From Campylobacteraceae bacterium (GTDB lineage: Bacteria; Campylobacterota; Campylobacteria; Campylobacterales; Sulfurovaceae): a stretch of 57,089 nt of DNA. The translations under genes and the position numbers were made by a program. The stretch spans positions 1-57,089 of the forward strand of contig JALWMP010000062.1 of the NCBI GenBank assembly GCA_026996165.1, given 5' to 3'. The notes under the pieces were generated by a model that ran no database searches, had not been told where the DNA came from, and saw nothing but the letters and a program-made list of their open reading frames with translations. Shown here in pieces: positions 40,434-51,758 of this stretch. The first letter of the stretch is position 1; every line of letters begins with the position of its first letter.

Positions 40434-41204
40434 ATGGCAAGAAGACCAAGACTTGATATAGCAGGTTTTCACCATATCATAAATAGGGGAGTAGCAAGAG
40501 ATAATGTATATAAATGCGATGCAGATAAAGAGAAATATTTAGAGATACTTTGCAAAGCATGTAGAATATACAAGGTCAATGTTCATGATTATTGCTTGAT
40601 GGATAATCACTATCATTTATTAGTAGAGACAACAAGTGACAATCTATCTTTATTTATGAGACAAGTAAATTCAAACTATGCTATTTATTTTAATAAAAAA
40701 TATAAACGAACAGGTCATTTATGGCAGGGAAGATATAAATCATGGTATATCGTTGAAAAGCAATATCTATATGAGCTATTTCGATATATTGAACACAATC
40801 CAATAGAAGCAAAAATAAGTAGTAGAGTAGGTGAGTATCCATTTACATTGTTAGCAACAGTTTTAAATAGTGACCAAGAGTTAATACCTTGTGCTGAACA
40901 TTCACAAATAAAAAAAGAGATAGAATATGAGGGGATAAGAGAGCATTTAGAGATGACATTAACTAAACAAGAATTAAAAGAGTTAACAATTATGCAAAAG
41001 AAGAAGATAGTAGAAAAAGAGTATAAATATGGATATAATAGAGAAAAAAGACTTGAAGAACACTTTGAAAATTTTAAAAGTAAAGAGGAGAGAAATAGAG
41101 CAATAATGAAAGCATTAGATGATGGTTATACTCAAGCAGAGGTGGCTAGATATTTGAAGCTTACAGCTTCAGCTATCGCTAAGATTAGGAAGAAGTTCGA
41201 CTAG
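40434..41204 (+). CDS. REP-associated tyrosine transposase (Y1 HUH) with C-terminal HTH
   Basis: MARRPR, HIINRG, intact HUH in LMDNHYHLL, GHLWQGRYKS, catalytic YIEHNP, C-terminal YTQAEVARYL HTH. Confidence 0.92.
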   Translation: MARRPRLDIAGFHHIINRGVARDNVYKCDADKEKYLEILCKACRIYKVNVHDYCLMDNHYHLLVETTSDNLSLFMRQVNSNYAIYFNKKYKRTGHLWQGRYKSWYIVEKQYLYELFRYIEHNPIEAKISSRVGEYPFTLLATVLNSDQELIPCAEHSQIKKEIEYEGIREHLEMTLTKQELKELTIMQKKKIVEKEYKYGYNREKRLEEHFENFKSKEERNRAIMKALDDGYTQAEVARYLKLTASAIAKIRKKFD

Positions 41205-41322
41205 AAGTTTATTTTCATTACCTGACCCTAAAAAGTTTACCCACAACTAAACAGAGTTAAGATATAATTCCACGATTATTCATTAGAGATAAATAGAAAA
41301 AACTAAAGGCAATGGTATATAA

Positions 41323-42576
<1,254 letters not shown>

Positions 42577-42585
42577 GGAGTATAT

Positions 42586-43137
42586 ATGAGACTAAAATCA
42601 AAACAGACAGGCTATGTAGCAAATAAGATAGGTATTGATTTGGCTAATGCTCCATTTATAACTATGCCAAAGGGTAAAGAGGCTGTCGTTGCAGTATGTA
42701 AAGAGATTATAGATGAAAATCTTGAAAAAGAGAAGAGACTTGATGCTAAAGTAAATGAGATGATAGAGGAGAACTATGATGAGATTGAAATTCAGCAAGT
42801 AAAAGAGCGTGAACTCTTCTTTATGATTAAAAAACGTTTAGCACCTGAGTATGGGGTTATTATGAATTATGATGACCGATACAATGAGGTCTCTCACCAA
42901 ATTTTAGATGAACTTTACGATAGATACCTTTTGGAATATGATGTTAACGATAATCAAGTTAGAAATGTTATCTTTAAAGCTTTTAAGAGTTTTGCAGATG
43001 CTTATGATAAGATAGATGATATTGTCTATGATAAGATAAAAAAGATGAAAAAAGAGTATATACCAGGTTCAGTTGAATATGAATTACTCTATGACCGTCT
43101 TTATGAAGAAGAGTTAAAAAAGAGAGGAATGTTGTAG
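42586..43137 (+). CDS. DUF507 family protein
   Basis: MRLK..., ELFFMIKKRLA and IPGSVEYELLY...EELKKRG pattern. Conserved position before carA. Confidence 0.75.
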   Translation: MRLKSKQTGYVANKIGIDLANAPFITMPKGKEAVVAVCKEIIDENLEKEKRLDAKVNEMIEENYDEIEIQQVKERELFFMIKKRLAPEYGVIMNYDDRYNEVSHQILDELYDRYLLEYDVNDNQVRNVIFKAFKSFADAYDKIDDIVYDKIKKMKKEYIPGSVEYELLYDRLYEEELKKRGML

Positions 43138-44255
43138 TGAAAAAGGTCTCATTATATTTTGAAAATGGTCTTTTACTAGAGGCAAAGAGTTTTGGAGCAG
43201 AGGGTACATCTGTTGGTGAAGTAGTTTTTAATACCTCTTTAACAGGTTATCAAGAGATTGTAACTGACCCATCTTACGCAGGACAGTTTGTAACATTTAC
43301 AACACCAGAGATTGGAAATGTTGGGTGTAATGTACAAGATATGGAGAGTAAAGGAGCGTACTGTAAGGGAATTATTGTTCGTTCATACCAAAAGAGACCA
43401 TCTAACTTTAGGTGTGAAGAGACTCTAGCTGAACTACTTAAAAAATATGATGTTTTAGGTATTACTGATATAGATACACGCTTTATTACCAAAATGTTAA
43501 GAAGTGAAGGTTCTATGATGATGATAGCTTCTACAGAAATTCATGAGGCTAATGAACTTAAAAAAGTACTTGAGTCTAGCCCTAGAATTGAAGAAGTAAA
43601 CTATATAGAGCAGGTAAGCACAAAAGAGTCTTATGTTCATAAAGAGGCACGATATAATGCAGATAAATTTGAGTATGAAAAGCCAAATACCTCTAAAAAG
43701 ATAATAGCTTTAGATTTTGGGATTAAACGAAACATTTTAAATGAACTAACTCATGCAGGTATGGAAGTTGAAGTTGTTCCAAATAATATGGAAGTCGCTA
43801 TTATAATTGAAAAGTTTAAGTCTAAAGAGATAGATGGTGTCTTCCTCTCAAATGGACCTGGTGACCCACTTATCTTAAAAGATGAGCAAGAGAAGATTAA
43901 AAAGTTAATCGAAGCTAAAATTCCTCTCTTTGGAATCTGTCTTGGACATCAACTCCTATCTATTGCTCATGGGTACGATACCTACAAGTTAAAGTTTGGT
44001 CACCATGGTGGAAACCACCCTGTAAAAAACCAAGCCAATGGAATGGTAGAGATTACAGCTCAAAACCATAACTATAATGTTCCAGACAATATTGTAGAAG
44101 TAGCAACAGTAACTCATAGAAATCTATTTGACAACACTATTGAGGGGCTAAAGTATAATGACTCTCCAACGATGTCAGTACAACACCACCCCGAGGCAAG
44201 TCCTGGACCTCATGAGTCAGCTTATATTTTTAGTGAGTTTAAGGAGATGTTGTAG
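43137..44255 (+). CDS. carA: carbamoyl-phosphate synthase small subunit
   Basis: GEVVFNTSLTGYQE, LSNGPGDP, GICLGHQ, HPEASPGP. Confidence 0.97.
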   Translation: MKKVSLYFENGLLLEAKSFGAEGTSVGEVVFNTSLTGYQEIVTDPSYAGQFVTFTTPEIGNVGCNVQDMESKGAYCKGIIVRSYQKRPSNFRCEETLAELLKKYDVLGITDIDTRFITKMLRSEGSMMMIASTEIHEANELKKVLESSPRIEEVNYIEQVSTKESYVHKEARYNADKFEYEKPNTSKKIIALDFGIKRNILNELTHAGMEVEVVPNNMEVAIIIEKFKSKEIDGVFLSNGPGDPLILKDEQEKIKKLIEAKIPLFGICLGHQLLSIAHGYDTYKLKFGHHGGNHPVKNQANGMVEITAQNHNYNVPDNIVEVATVTHRNLFDNTIEGLKYNDSPTMSVQHHPEASPGPHESAYIFSEFKEML

Positions 44256-44303
44256 TTCTTTTAAATACTACGAAAGAACTTGAACAAAATATAATTCACA
44301 ATC

Positions 44304-44340
44304 CTCTCCCATAATCTATGATTTAGGAGAGTGAGGTTTA
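44304..44340. repeat. REP-like palindrome family A, copy 2 (partial)
   Basis: ctctcccataatctatgatttaggagagtgaggttta matches 460-496 with 3 substitutions. Lies between convergent genes. Confidence 0.75.
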
Positions 44341-44359
44341 CATCTAAGTTCTTTTCTCT

Positions 44360-46825
44360 TTATTTTTTAAACGGCTTAAACACCATCAAAACCTTAGGCA
44401 ACAAAATAATATTTGCCAAAAGTGCAGCTCCCATAACCAACATAGTTAAAAGACCAAAGTAGATAGTTGGAATAAGATTTGAGAGTACTAAAATAGAGAA
44501 GCCTAACATAATAGTTACAGATGTATACTCCATAGCATGACCAATAGAGTTTGCAGAGGCTTTGACAGCTTCTACATAATCTTTACGTTTCTCATACTCA
44601 TGCTCAAAACGGTGAATATAGTGAATGGTATCATCTACTCCAATACCAATGGCAATAGCTGCAATAGTAATAGTCATAATATCTAATGGAATACCAAACC
44701 AACCCATAAAACCAAAAATAAGGCTAATAGGTACAATATTTACCCCAATGGCAATAACTGCTAGGTAGAGTGACCTAAAGAGGAAAATAAACATAATAAA
44801 GATAGCAACTAACACAAAACCAAGAGTTTTAATTTGTGAGTCAAAGAGAGACTGTAACATATTGTTGTAAAGAACCATTAGATTAGAGAGTTTAGTGGTA
44901 GCAACTTTAGGGTTAATTAGTCTATCTAAATCAGACTGAATCTTTTTAAGTAAAATATCTCGTCTTAGTGTTGGATTTGAGTCAACAATACGTGTAGCAA
45001 AACGTGCTTGGTTATTTTCTATATTAACATAAGGTGAGAGAATAAGGTTTTTATATTTTTGGGGAAGATTGGTATAGAGTAGTCCAAGAGCCAATCCATC
45101 TAGCTCTCTGTTGTGATTTAACTCTTTTCCTATCTTTAAGATACTTGCCAAAGACTGAACAGTTCCTATTTCATCAATACTCTCTAGGTAGTCATGTACC
45201 TTTAAAATAGTATCCATCTTCTCTTTTGTAAACCAATATTGGGCATCGTTTTCATTTTGGCTAAACTCATCTTCAAACTCATCTTCATCATCAGAAGTTG
45301 AACTCTCTTTAGGTGTATCTTTAAAGGTTAAGATAATATCTAAAGGGGTAGTTCCTCCTAACTCTTTATCTATAACTCTCATTCCCTTATAGATTTCTGT
45401 ATCTTTTTTAAAATAGTTAATAAATGAGTTTTCAACAATAAGTTTTGAAGCCCCTGTAAGACTAAAGATTAAAATAGCAAAAGTTGTTGCAAAGATAGCG
45501 ACTCTGTCTCTTAAAACAATTTTAAGACAGTACTGCGTAAAGGAGCAGATACGTCCTGAGTCACAACTTCTTATCTCTCTTGCTTTTCGTTTAGGAAGTA
45601 ACAAAAGTAGAGTAGGAAAGACAATAAATGAGATAATCAATGAGATGGCAATCCCTGCACTCATCATCCAACCAAGGTTAATAATTGGTTTAATATTTGA
45701 AACAATAAGTGAGGAAAATCCTGCAATAGTTGTAATAATAGCAAAAAAGGTTGGAGTTGCTTTTCTTAGTACAGTAATATAAATAAGCTTTCGATTTGGT
45801 GCTTTAGGATACTTTGCCAACATCTCATTGTAGTGAACAATTAGGTGTAGAACAATAGAGAGGGTTATAATGAGTTGCAAAGCAATAAAGTTAGAAGATA
45901 TAACTGTAATCTCCCATCCAAAAAAGCCCAAAGTGCTAGTAATAGCCAAAATTGAAATAGCAGATATAAGTAGAGGTAGTACAACCCAACGTACCTCTCT
46001 AAAGACAAACCACAATACTACTATAAATATAAGCACTAAAGTAGAGCCATAGATAACAAGGTCACTCTTAACATAGCCAACAATATCATCTGCTATCATA
46101 TTGACCCCACCCAAAAAGAGAGAGGCTTTAGTTTGGTATTTGGCAAGAATAGCACGAATATTTACAATATTTTGATGTTGTAAAATACGCTGTTTATCTC
46201 GATGTGCTTTAAAGGCTTTTATTGTCTCTTTTAGTTTAGCTTCCTCTTTGTTAGTTCGTTTTTGTTTAGCAAGAAGTTCATTTCTTTGATTGAGTAATTT
46301 TAGATACTTCTCATCTTTGTATAGGTTAACTAAGATAGCAGATGTTGTAAAATCCTCACTAACTAGATTACCTCTGTATAGAGGATTATGAAGAAACTCC
46401 TGTTTTGCTAAGGTTTTATCTACTTTAGAGTTTGAGAGGGTCTTTACATTGTCAATAATCTCTGAAATCTCCTGTGGAGGAGAGAGTAGTAGAGGAACTG
46501 TTAAGATAGAGTCTACTGACTTTACAAGGGGGAGTTTTCTCAGTTCATCAGAGAGATTTTTAATAGTCTCTAAACTCTTATCTGAAAGCATATCCTCTTT
46601 TGGAGTGTAGGTAACAACTAATCTATTTCCACCATTTGTAAAATGTTTGCTTACTTCTCTTGAAAACTTAAGCGCAGGGTCATTGTCTAGCAGAAGGGTC
46701 TCAGCTGAAGCATCTATCTCTAATTTGGTTGCATAGTAACCAAAAGAGAAGATGACAATTAATAAGAGAGAGAGTATACTCGCAGGATATTTTAAAATTA
46801 AGTTTTTATAAATTCGTTTGAGCAT
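44360..46825 (-). CDS. MMPL/RND family transporter
   Basis: Two TM clusters with large periplasmic loops. TTIAGFSSL, LGGTTPLDI, IGIGVDDTIH. Confidence 0.88.
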   Translation of the reverse strand: MLKRIYKNLILKYPASILSLLLIVIFSFGYYATKLEIDASAETLLLDNDPALKFSREVSKHFTNGGNRLVVTYTPKEDMLSDKSLETIKNLSDELRKLPLVKSVDSILTVPLLLSPPQEISEIIDNVKTLSNSKVDKTLAKQEFLHNPLYRGNLVSEDFTTSAILVNLYKDEKYLKLLNQRNELLAKQKRTNKEEAKLKETIKAFKAHRDKQRILQHQNIVNIRAILAKYQTKASLFLGGVNMIADDIVGYVKSDLVIYGSTLVLIFIVVLWFVFREVRWVVLPLLISAISILAITSTLGFFGWEITVISSNFIALQLIITLSIVLHLIVHYNEMLAKYPKAPNRKLIYITVLRKATPTFFAIITTIAGFSSLIVSNIKPIINLGWMMSAGIAISLIISFIVFPTLLLLLPKRKAREIRSCDSGRICSFTQYCLKIVLRDRVAIFATTFAILIFSLTGASKLIVENSFINYFKKDTEIYKGMRVIDKELGGTTPLDIILTFKDTPKESSTSDDEDEFEDEFSQNENDAQYWFTKEKMDTILKVHDYLESIDEIGTVQSLASILKIGKELNHNRELDGLALGLLYTNLPQKYKNLILSPYVNIENNQARFATRIVDSNPTLRRDILLKKIQSDLDRLINPKVATTKLSNLMVLYNNMLQSLFDSQIKTLGFVLVAIFIMFIFLFRSLYLAVIAIGVNIVPISLIFGFMGWFGIPLDIMTITIAAIAIGIGVDDTIHYIHRFEHEYEKRKDYVEAVKASANSIGHAMEYTSVTIMLGFSILVLSNLIPTIYFGLLTMLVMGAALLANIILLPKVLMVFKPFKK

Positions 46826-46846
46826 AATTTCCCTATAGTTATAAAA

Positions 46847-47410
46847 TTAAAGTGAGGCTAATAGTTCATCGAATGATTTAGTCTTTAAAAACTCAGAGAA
46901 CTGTTTTCTGTAGGTTTGGATAATACTTACACCTGTAATATCAACATCATAGATTTTCCAATCATTACTATTTTTTACTTTATAGAACTTATATATAACT
47001 TCATAGCTCTCCTCTGTACCAATAATCTCTGAGTGAAGATATATACGATTTGCTTTTGGTTTCTCTAACTCTTTAACAACAACTTTTTGGTCAGTGTAGA
47101 GTTCTAACTTCTCAAAGTAAGAGTTTTTAAGCTTTTGTTCAAACTTTTTAGTAAACTGCTCTTGTTGAGAAGATGAGAGCTTTTTCCATACTCTACCTAA
47201 ACTAATTTTTGCCATAGTTTTATAGTCAAAAAGATTGTCTACAGTTGGAGCAATCTGCTCTTTTTTACTCTCTAATGAGAGAGATTTGTTTTGCAAAATT
47301 TGTGTAATAGTAGCAATTTTACTCTCCATCTCACTTTTAATATTTCCCTCTTCTACTGCAAAGAGAGAGCTACATAGAATTAGTACAATAAATATAGTTC
47401 TTTTTAACAT
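46847..47410 (-). CDS. mlaC: MlaC/Ttg2D-family periplasmic lipid-binding protein
   Basis: FDYKTMAKISLGRVW, WKIYDVDITGVSIIQTYRKQF. Confidence 0.88.
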   Translation of the reverse strand: MLKRTIFIVLILCSSLFAVEEGNIKSEMESKIATITQILQNKSLSLESKKEQIAPTVDNLFDYKTMAKISLGRVWKKLSSSQQEQFTKKFEQKLKNSYFEKLELYTDQKVVVKELEKPKANRIYLHSEIIGTEESYEVIYKFYKVKNSNDWKIYDVDITGVSIIQTYRKQFSEFLKTKSFDELLASL

Positions 47411-47421
47411 CTGTTTTTCCT

Positions 47422-48210
47422 TTATTCTAAAATCTCTTTAGCTCTTTTTTGTTCATAAGCATCTCTAAAGAAGGTATAAACATCAAGAGCATCTTTTTTT
47501 AGGTTCTCATACTCTCCTAAATGGAGAGAGTTTTTGTTTGTATAGTAGAGCGAAGCATATCCTAAAGATTCTAAGTTATTTTTAGGAATTTGATACTCCA
47601 ATCCACTATGAGTTCTTGGAGAAATAGCTGTATCAACAGCTAAACCAATGGTATCTCTTAGGTTAGAGGGGCCCAAAAATGGTAAGACAATATGAAAACC
47701 AGAGCCTACACCCCAATAACCAAGTGTTTGTCCAAAATCTTCATCATACCGTTTAATACCAGCTTTTGTTGCTACATCAAAAAGACCTAATACACCAACT
47801 GTAGAGTTTACCATAAAACGCCCTAACTCTTTAATACTATGGTCAAATTTTAGTTGCAAGATATTATTAACAAAACGAATAGGAAACTTAAGATTCTCAA
47901 AGGCATTTGAGACACCAACTCTTACAGGCTTTGGAATAACAAATGCGTAACCTTTAGAGATAGGATTAAAGGCATAGAGATAGATTTTGTCATTGATATT
48001 TGTCATCACTCTATTGTACCCCTCTAAAGGGTCAAAAACCTCTTTTGTTTCATCGTCAAACTCGTCATCAAATTCGTCATCTTCAGATGTTTGAGTACTA
48101 TTTTGTTCTGTAGCTATAATATTCTTTTTAGTGTGAGGAGTAGAAATATTTTTTGAGGAACACCCTGTCATAAGAAAAAATAGAATAAATATTAAACTAA
48201 GGTATCTCAT
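47422..48210 (-). CDS. mlaA: MlaA/VacJ lipoprotein
   Basis: Lipobox MTGC. DPLEGYNR, EDFGQTLG, LPFLGPSNLRD. Confidence 0.92.
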   Translation of the reverse strand: MRYLSLIFILFFLMTGCSSKNISTPHTKKNIIATEQNSTQTSEDDEFDDEFDDETKEVFDPLEGYNRVMTNINDKIYLYAFNPISKGYAFVIPKPVRVGVSNAFENLKFPIRFVNNILQLKFDHSIKELGRFMVNSTVGVLGLFDVATKAGIKRYDEDFGQTLGYWGVGSGFHIVLPFLGPSNLRDTIGLAVDTAISPRTHSGLEYQIPKNNLESLGYASLYYTNKNSLHLGEYENLKKDALDVYTFFRDAYEQKRAKEILE

Positions 48211-48294
48211 TTAACTGTTCCTTCAAAGATAATTTAATAGCATTTTAACATTTTTTTATTGATTATTTCTTAGGAGTTATTTTTACATTAGAGA

Positions 48295-48325
48295 GAAAAA
48301 AAGTAGGATTTTACTCTTCCTACTT
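48295..48325 (-). terminator. terminator of amtB-glnK
   Basis: aagtagga...tcctactt stem with an A-run on its left (U-run on the minus strand). Confidence 0.6.
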
Positions 48326-48332
48326 ATAAATA

Positions 48333-48727
<395 letters not shown>

Positions 48728-48749
48728 CAAGATTAGAGTTAAATTTCTG

Positions 48750-50060
48750 TTATAAGTTCATTCCTCTTTCACCATGAAGTGATTCGTCAAGACCAATCTC
48801 TTCACTCTCTGCATCAACTCTAGCACCACCTGTAAGTGCAGACGCTACAAAGTAAACAATTACAGTACCAATAAGTGTCCATGCTCCAACAATAAGAACA
48901 GACTCTACTTGAACCATAAACTGTCCCATTCTATCACCAGACTCTTTAAGTGGACCATCCCAAAGTAAATCTTTGTCATTAAGTGCAAGAAGACCAGTCA
49001 TCAATGCACCCCAAAGACCTGCTAAGAAGTGAATACCAAAAGCATCAAGTGAATCATCATATTTAAATATCTTTTTAAGACCTACAACACCAAAGAATCC
49101 AATAAGTGAACCACCAATACCCACAATAAATGCTCCACCAACACCTACAAAACCAGCAGCAGGAGTAATAGCTACAAGACCAGCTACAATACCAGAAGCA
49201 ACACCAAGAAGAGTTGGTTTTTTGTAGATAACCCACTCAATTAACATCCATGTAATACCAGCAGCAGCAGTAGCTACAGTTGTTGTAAGTAGAGCCACAC
49301 CAGCAATAGCATTAGCACCAAAAGCAGAACCAGCATTAAATCCATACCAACCAAACCATAAAATTGCTGCACCAACAGCTGTAAGAATAATTGAAAAAGG
49401 TTTCATTGCAGTTCTATTATAACCAGCTCTTTTACCAATTAGTATAGCAAGAACAAGACCAGCTAAACCACCATTCATATGTACAACTGTACCACCAGCA
49501 AAATCTAAAGCACCTGCATCAAAAAGTAAAGCACCATCTCCACCCCATACCATGTGAGTAATTGGAGCATAAACAACAAGTCCCCAAATAGCTACAAAAA
49601 GAATCCATGTAGAGAACTTCATACGTTCAATAACTGAACCAGAAGCAATAGCTACGGTAATAGCTGCAAAAGTACCTTGGAATGCAATAAATACAAACTC
49701 AGGATAAGTACCAGAGAGAGATTTCCAATCAGTAGCAGAGAGAAGAATATTTCCAAAACCACCAATAAACTGTTGCATTCCTGCTGAACTAGCAGTTCCA
49801 AATGCAAGTGAATATCCTGCAACAATCCACATAACAAATGCAACTACAAATGCACTCATAACCATTGTAAATGTGTTAAGTGCATTTTTACTTCGTGTCA
49901 TACCTGCATAAAAGAGTGCAAGACCAGCAGGAGTCATAAGTAATACAAATGCAGTCGAAACCATCATCCATGCTGTATCACCTGTATCGAGTTTGTCCTC
50001 AGCAAATGTAAGAACGGGTAGAGCTAACAGTGTTAGCAGTGCTAGAAATCTATTTTTCAT
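48750..50060 (-). CDS. amtB: ammonium transporter
   Basis: GDTAW, DFAGGTVVH, LWFGWYGFNAGS, GLVAITP, DDSLDAFGIH. Confidence 0.96.
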   Translation of the reverse strand: MKNRFLALLTLLALPVLTFAEDKLDTGDTAWMMVSTAFVLLMTPAGLALFYAGMTRSKNALNTFTMVMSAFVVAFVMWIVAGYSLAFGTASSAGMQQFIGGFGNILLSATDWKSLSGTYPEFVFIAFQGTFAAITVAIASGSVIERMKFSTWILFVAIWGLVVYAPITHMVWGGDGALLFDAGALDFAGGTVVHMNGGLAGLVLAILIGKRAGYNRTAMKPFSIILTAVGAAILWFGWYGFNAGSAFGANAIAGVALLTTTVATAAAGITWMLIEWVIYKKPTLLGVASGIVAGLVAITPAAGFVGVGGAFIVGIGGSLIGFFGVVGLKKIFKYDDSLDAFGIHFLAGLWGALMTGLLALNDKDLLWDGPLKESGDRMGQFMVQVESVLIVGAWTLIGTVIVYFVASALTGGARVDAESEEIGLDESLHGERGMNL

Positions 50061-50126
50061 AAACTTACTCCTTTATTTTTATCTTTTGTATTATAGCTAT
50101 TTTATGAACTAAAATAGTACTTGTTA

Positions 50127-50145
50127 TTGTATAAAAAATAGACAA
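50127..50145. promoter_or_regulatory. candidate regulator site upstream of amtB
   Basis: ttgtataaaaaatagacaa imperfect palindrome, ~32 bp upstream of a minus-strand TATAAT (50090-50095). Confidence 0.35.
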
Positions 50146-50303
50146 GTGTAAAATATATACTGTTCTATAATATAGGTATGTTAAAATAAGAAAGTAACAA
50201 AAATCTTTATTTTTAGATAAATTTATGCTTATATATTTGCAAAAGTAAATCCTTTTATGTTATTATGGTTATACAATTTCATACAAATATAAGGAGTAAA
50301 TAA

Positions 50304-51473
50304 GTGAAGTTTACAAAATTAAGTTTAATAGCAGCATTAGCTGTAACAACAGCAATGGCAGGTGATGCTAAGATTTCTGGAGATGCTAAAATATTTTATG
50401 GTACAGATAATTCAGGAAGTAATAGTCTTTTTGATAAAGAGAATTCTATTGGTGATACTTCTGTAAGTATTGATTATACAAGAGAAGTGAAAGATGGTGT
50501 TACTTTAAATTTAGGTGTTACAGGTGTTTCTACACTTGGTTTAGAAAATGATTTAGTTTCAGGAACATGGGTTAATCATGGTCCATCTGTAGTAAATGAT
50601 GTAGTATGGATTGATACAGCAAATATTGTTTTAAATATGGGTAAAACAACAGCTGTTGTTGGTCGCCAAGAGCTTGACACACCATTTTTTAAATCAGAAA
50701 AATGGAATATTGCGGCAAATACATTTGATGCAGCAGTTTTAGTTAATTCTGATATTCAAGATACAACATTAGTTGGTGCATGGGTTGGTAGAGGGAATGG
50801 TACATCTGGTTCAACAGTAAATCTTGATGATGATACTCTTGGTGGTGGTTTAACTGGTTTTGCTGGTACAAATCCAGCTTATGCAGTAGGTATTATAAAT
50901 AAGTCAATTCCTAATACTAGATTGCAACTATGGGGTTATAAAATTCCTCATACAGCAACAGCTCAGTGGGTACAAGCAGATATAGCTGCTACTAAAGAGA
51001 TAAGCGTTGGTCTTCAGTATGCAGGTACTGATATGACAAATACTTCAGGAGATGCAAAAGCTTATGGTGCAAAAATTGCTTATGAAGGTGGTCCACTTAG
51101 TGCTTCTCTTGCATACTCAAAAGCAGATGATGATAATGCTGGTGTTGGAATTTCTAATATTGCAACAGGTTATGGTACTGGGTCTGAGTCAAGTCTCTAT
51201 ACAGAAGCTTATTGGAATCTTGGTTTTGTAGGTCAAGCAGGTGCTAAAGCATTCGCAGGTGATGTAGCTTATGACCTTGGTGCAGCTCAACTTGGGTTAA
51301 GATATGTTGACTCTGATGCGTTAGGAACAGCTAATGACCTTCAAGAAGCCGCTTTAACTCTTTCAACAAAGGTTGGACCACTTAATGCTGATTTAGCATA
51401 TATTGATGGAGAGATTGATGGTGAATCAACTAATACAGCTCTTATAATGTTAACAGCTCCATTTTCTCTTTAA
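50304..51473 (+). CDS. outer membrane porin (Campylobacterota MOMP-like)
   Basis: MKFTKLSLIAALAV signal, VGRQELDTPF, NTFDAAV and beta-strand pattern. Confidence 0.82.
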   Translation: MKFTKLSLIAALAVTTAMAGDAKISGDAKIFYGTDNSGSNSLFDKENSIGDTSVSIDYTREVKDGVTLNLGVTGVSTLGLENDLVSGTWVNHGPSVVNDVVWIDTANIVLNMGKTTAVVGRQELDTPFFKSEKWNIAANTFDAAVLVNSDIQDTTLVGAWVGRGNGTSGSTVNLDDDTLGGGLTGFAGTNPAYAVGIINKSIPNTRLQLWGYKIPHTATAQWVQADIAATKEISVGLQYAGTDMTNTSGDAKAYGAKIAYEGGPLSASLAYSKADDDNAGVGISNIATGYGTGSESSLYTEAYWNLGFVGQAGAKAFAGDVAYDLGAAQLGLRYVDSDALGTANDLQEAALTLSTKVGPLNADLAYIDGEIDGESTNTALIMLTAPFSL

Positions 51474-51481
51474 AATAGTAA

Positions 51482-51512
51482 ATATATTCTCACTATTTTA
51501 GTGAGAATATAT
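51482..51512 (+). terminator. hairpin after the porin gene
   Basis: atatattctcacta-ttt-tagtgagaatatat, a 14-bp stem. Confidence 0.7.
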
Positions 51513-51758
51513 ATTAAAATAATTTTATTTAATTTTTAAATATAATTACTCTTAATGTCTACAATTTTAAATCCATAAAAAATAAAATTAATTTCTTAAC
51601 TAAAAACAATAGCAAGTTACAAAAAAACACATAAAATGTTAAAAAATAGTAAATATAATGCTATAATAACATATGGGGAAGTTGAGATGAATGCTCTATA
51701 TGCTTCTCTCATACCTCCTCATTAATTTATTACTTTAGTGATAACTAAGGAGAAAAAG

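Larger units (their letters stand above)
40140..41232 (+). mobile_element. RAYT/Y1 transposase unit bounded by ~31-bp imperfect inverted repeats
   Basis: Left tttagggtcaggtggtgaaaataaactttta (40140-40170). Right tagaagtttattttcattacctgaccctaaa (41202-41232). Three mismatches. Confidence 0.8.
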
